NCBI RefSeq assembly: GCF_964204645.1
Contig: NC_134028.1
Span: 17,863,653-17,927,652 of the forward strand
DNA length: 64,000 nucleotides
Direction of reading: 5' to 3'
Origin: Tubulanus polymorphus
Lineage: Eukaryota; Animalia; Nemertea
The translations under genes were made by a program, and so were the position numbers. The notes beneath the pieces are model-generated. The model was not told where the DNA came from. It saw only the letters and a list, made by a program, of their open reading frames with translations, and searched no databases. Shown one piece after another: positions 62,170 to 64,000 of the stretch (position 1 is its first letter; each line of letters begins with the position of its first letter).

Positions 62170-63349
62170 TCTAATATTGAATACTATCTAATTGTGAATT
62201 CACAATATTTAATTGTGCGTCAGATATAATATAAATGTGCATTTTGAAATTTTTGTCTCCTCTTTTCTTCGCCATGAATAATTGTATTCCATCTTTAGTA
62301 TTTTGCAGTTTTTTCCCAGAACCATGTAATGAATCATCCTCTGTTGTTCTAAAATCTAACCATAATGCATATTTATTACCGGTATAATAATCAATTTGAT
62401 TAATATTAAAATATTTAATATCAAAATATTTTATTTGCTATTCCTTCGATAGTTATTTCTACTTTTGTTATTTCAGGATTATAATAATTATCAACATTTA
62501 TTGCGCCATTAGTATATGTTGCAATGGTAAAAATATTAATATACCTTTAATAGATCTTCTTGGGAAGTTAATATTCTCATTAATTATTTCATCATTTGCA
62601 TTAATAGTTACAGTTTTAAATTTATCAATATAATCATATAATAATGAAAATCCTTGATTGTATTGAGTTTGAATTGTGCTAGCAATATTTTCATTAGTTA
62701 CTGTGTCATATTCTAAACATATATTTGATAATTTATAACCCATATCTTTAACAACGCTAGATAATACAATTTCATTTACAGGAGCAAATGTCATCTCAAA
62801 TATAATATCTTCTTGAATTACATATTTATATAAAGGTGCATTATTATTTATCAATTCAAAGTCTAATGGAATTTTATATTTGCTTCCATAAATCTTTTTA
62901 ATCAAATTATCTGTGGCACGAGTTACTATTGCGTCATTAGCTCCTGATCTTAATTTATTATGATTTTCCGATTGAATGCCTTGAAATATCATATTATTTC
63001 TATTTTCTTTAGTTAACCATAAATCTTTATAATGCATAAATAAATTATAATCATCTAATGAGAAAACTGTTTCTGGACCAATCTTTATAGTTAATTTTTT
63101 AATCAAATATCTCCCAACATTATCGACAACATAATTATTATCATGACCAATTACTTTTATATCAGCTGATAAATAAATACTATTTGGAACATAAAAAGTA
63201 TTTTGTGTTTATCTAGGAATTCTAATTTATAAAGTTTCATCGGGATTAATATTTGAAGGATTATGAGTAATTATATGATGCGATCTTTCTGCTTTAATAG
63301 CATTAGATATTCTAGAAATCTTAGAAGGACTTATATAACTCCCACTCAT
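62170..63349 (-). pseudogene. Putative major capsid protein, copy 3
   Basis: High identity to 30369-31602; frameshifts and a deletion near 62410-62430. Confidence 0.72.
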
Positions 63350-63369
63350 TTATTTAACAAAAAAATTAA

Positions 63370-64000
63370 TTATTTATTTTTAATCATATTCACTAAACCA
63401 AAAATAATAGCACTTACAACTGTAATTAAAAATAAAATAATATGTTCAGCAGCAAAGTTAAGAATATTCCCAGCAGATTTCAATATAAAACCAACAATTG
63501 ATGCAATAATTCCTGGTAAAGCTGCAGCAGATTTTTTAGATAGTTCCCATAAATATTTTCCTAATTTCTTTAAACCATCTTTAACTTTATCTTGTATAGA
63601 ATTATTACCTGGGGGTTTATCTGGTTTATTTGGAGTAGGAGTAGATTTTAAAGCATTTGATATTGCTAAACCAATTGTTGTAAATAACATAGTTTCAGCT
63701 GTTAGAATTGAAAGAATTGTTATTCCTTCTAATTTAAATGATAACTTTATTCTATCTTTCAATGATATTTCAGAATTTGGTTTTATCAACAAATCTTTAA
63801 AAATAACTTTTAATCTATTAATATTATAATCATATGATTTTAATAATTATTTAATTTCTTCTTTCTGTACTTCTAAATTATCTTTTAAATTATTAATTTC
63901 TTTTTCTAATCGTAATTCTTTTTGCCTATACTCTATTTCATAAATTACTTGATGATCTAAATCAGACTTTAATTGTTCTATTTCTTTATTTTTATCAGTT
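63370..64000 (-). pseudogene. Coiled-coil/multi-TM protein, copy 3 (partial)
   Basis: Near-identical to 29720-30348. Confidence 0.8.

Larger units (their letters stand above)
60030..64000 (-). mobile_element. Endogenous Polinton-like virus copy 3 (runs off window end)
   Basis: Coiled-coil/TM gene, MCP, integrase and two further genes, all on the minus strand. Confidence 0.9.

Overview
AT-rich eukaryotic (animal, probably invertebrate) repeat-dense DNA with no recognisable host gene; the window is almost entirely nested mobile elements. Main contents: (1) a complete Kolobok DNA transposon (1488-6846, TTAA TSD, 17-bp TIRs) with convergent intron-containing genes for a THAP-DDE transposase and a KolX/P2X7-ballast-like protein; (2) several copies of a Helentron-type non-autonomous element (HINE/DINE-1-like) carrying ~154-bp internal tandem repeats, plus MITEs; (3) three decayed copies of an endogenous Maverick/Polinton-like virus (pPolB, putative minor and major capsid, packaging ATPase, RVE integrase, several membrane proteins) at 21325-35017 (+), ~47240-57784 (-) and ~60030-64000 (-); (4) a full-length decayed Gypsy LTR retrotransposon (37705-45518) whose 5' LTR is split by nested DNA elements; (5) CR1/L2-group LINE and BEL/Pao fragments, minisatellites and telomere-like repeats. 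Most striking: nearly every gene of the Polinton-like virus starts at a poxvirus-late-promoter-like T-tract/TAAATG, and two copies end in a conserved, covarying 150-190-bp terminal hairpin, suggesting a helper-dependent (virophage-like) animal virus with unusual termini. All calls come from reading motifs by eye; no searches were run and some boundaries are approximate.
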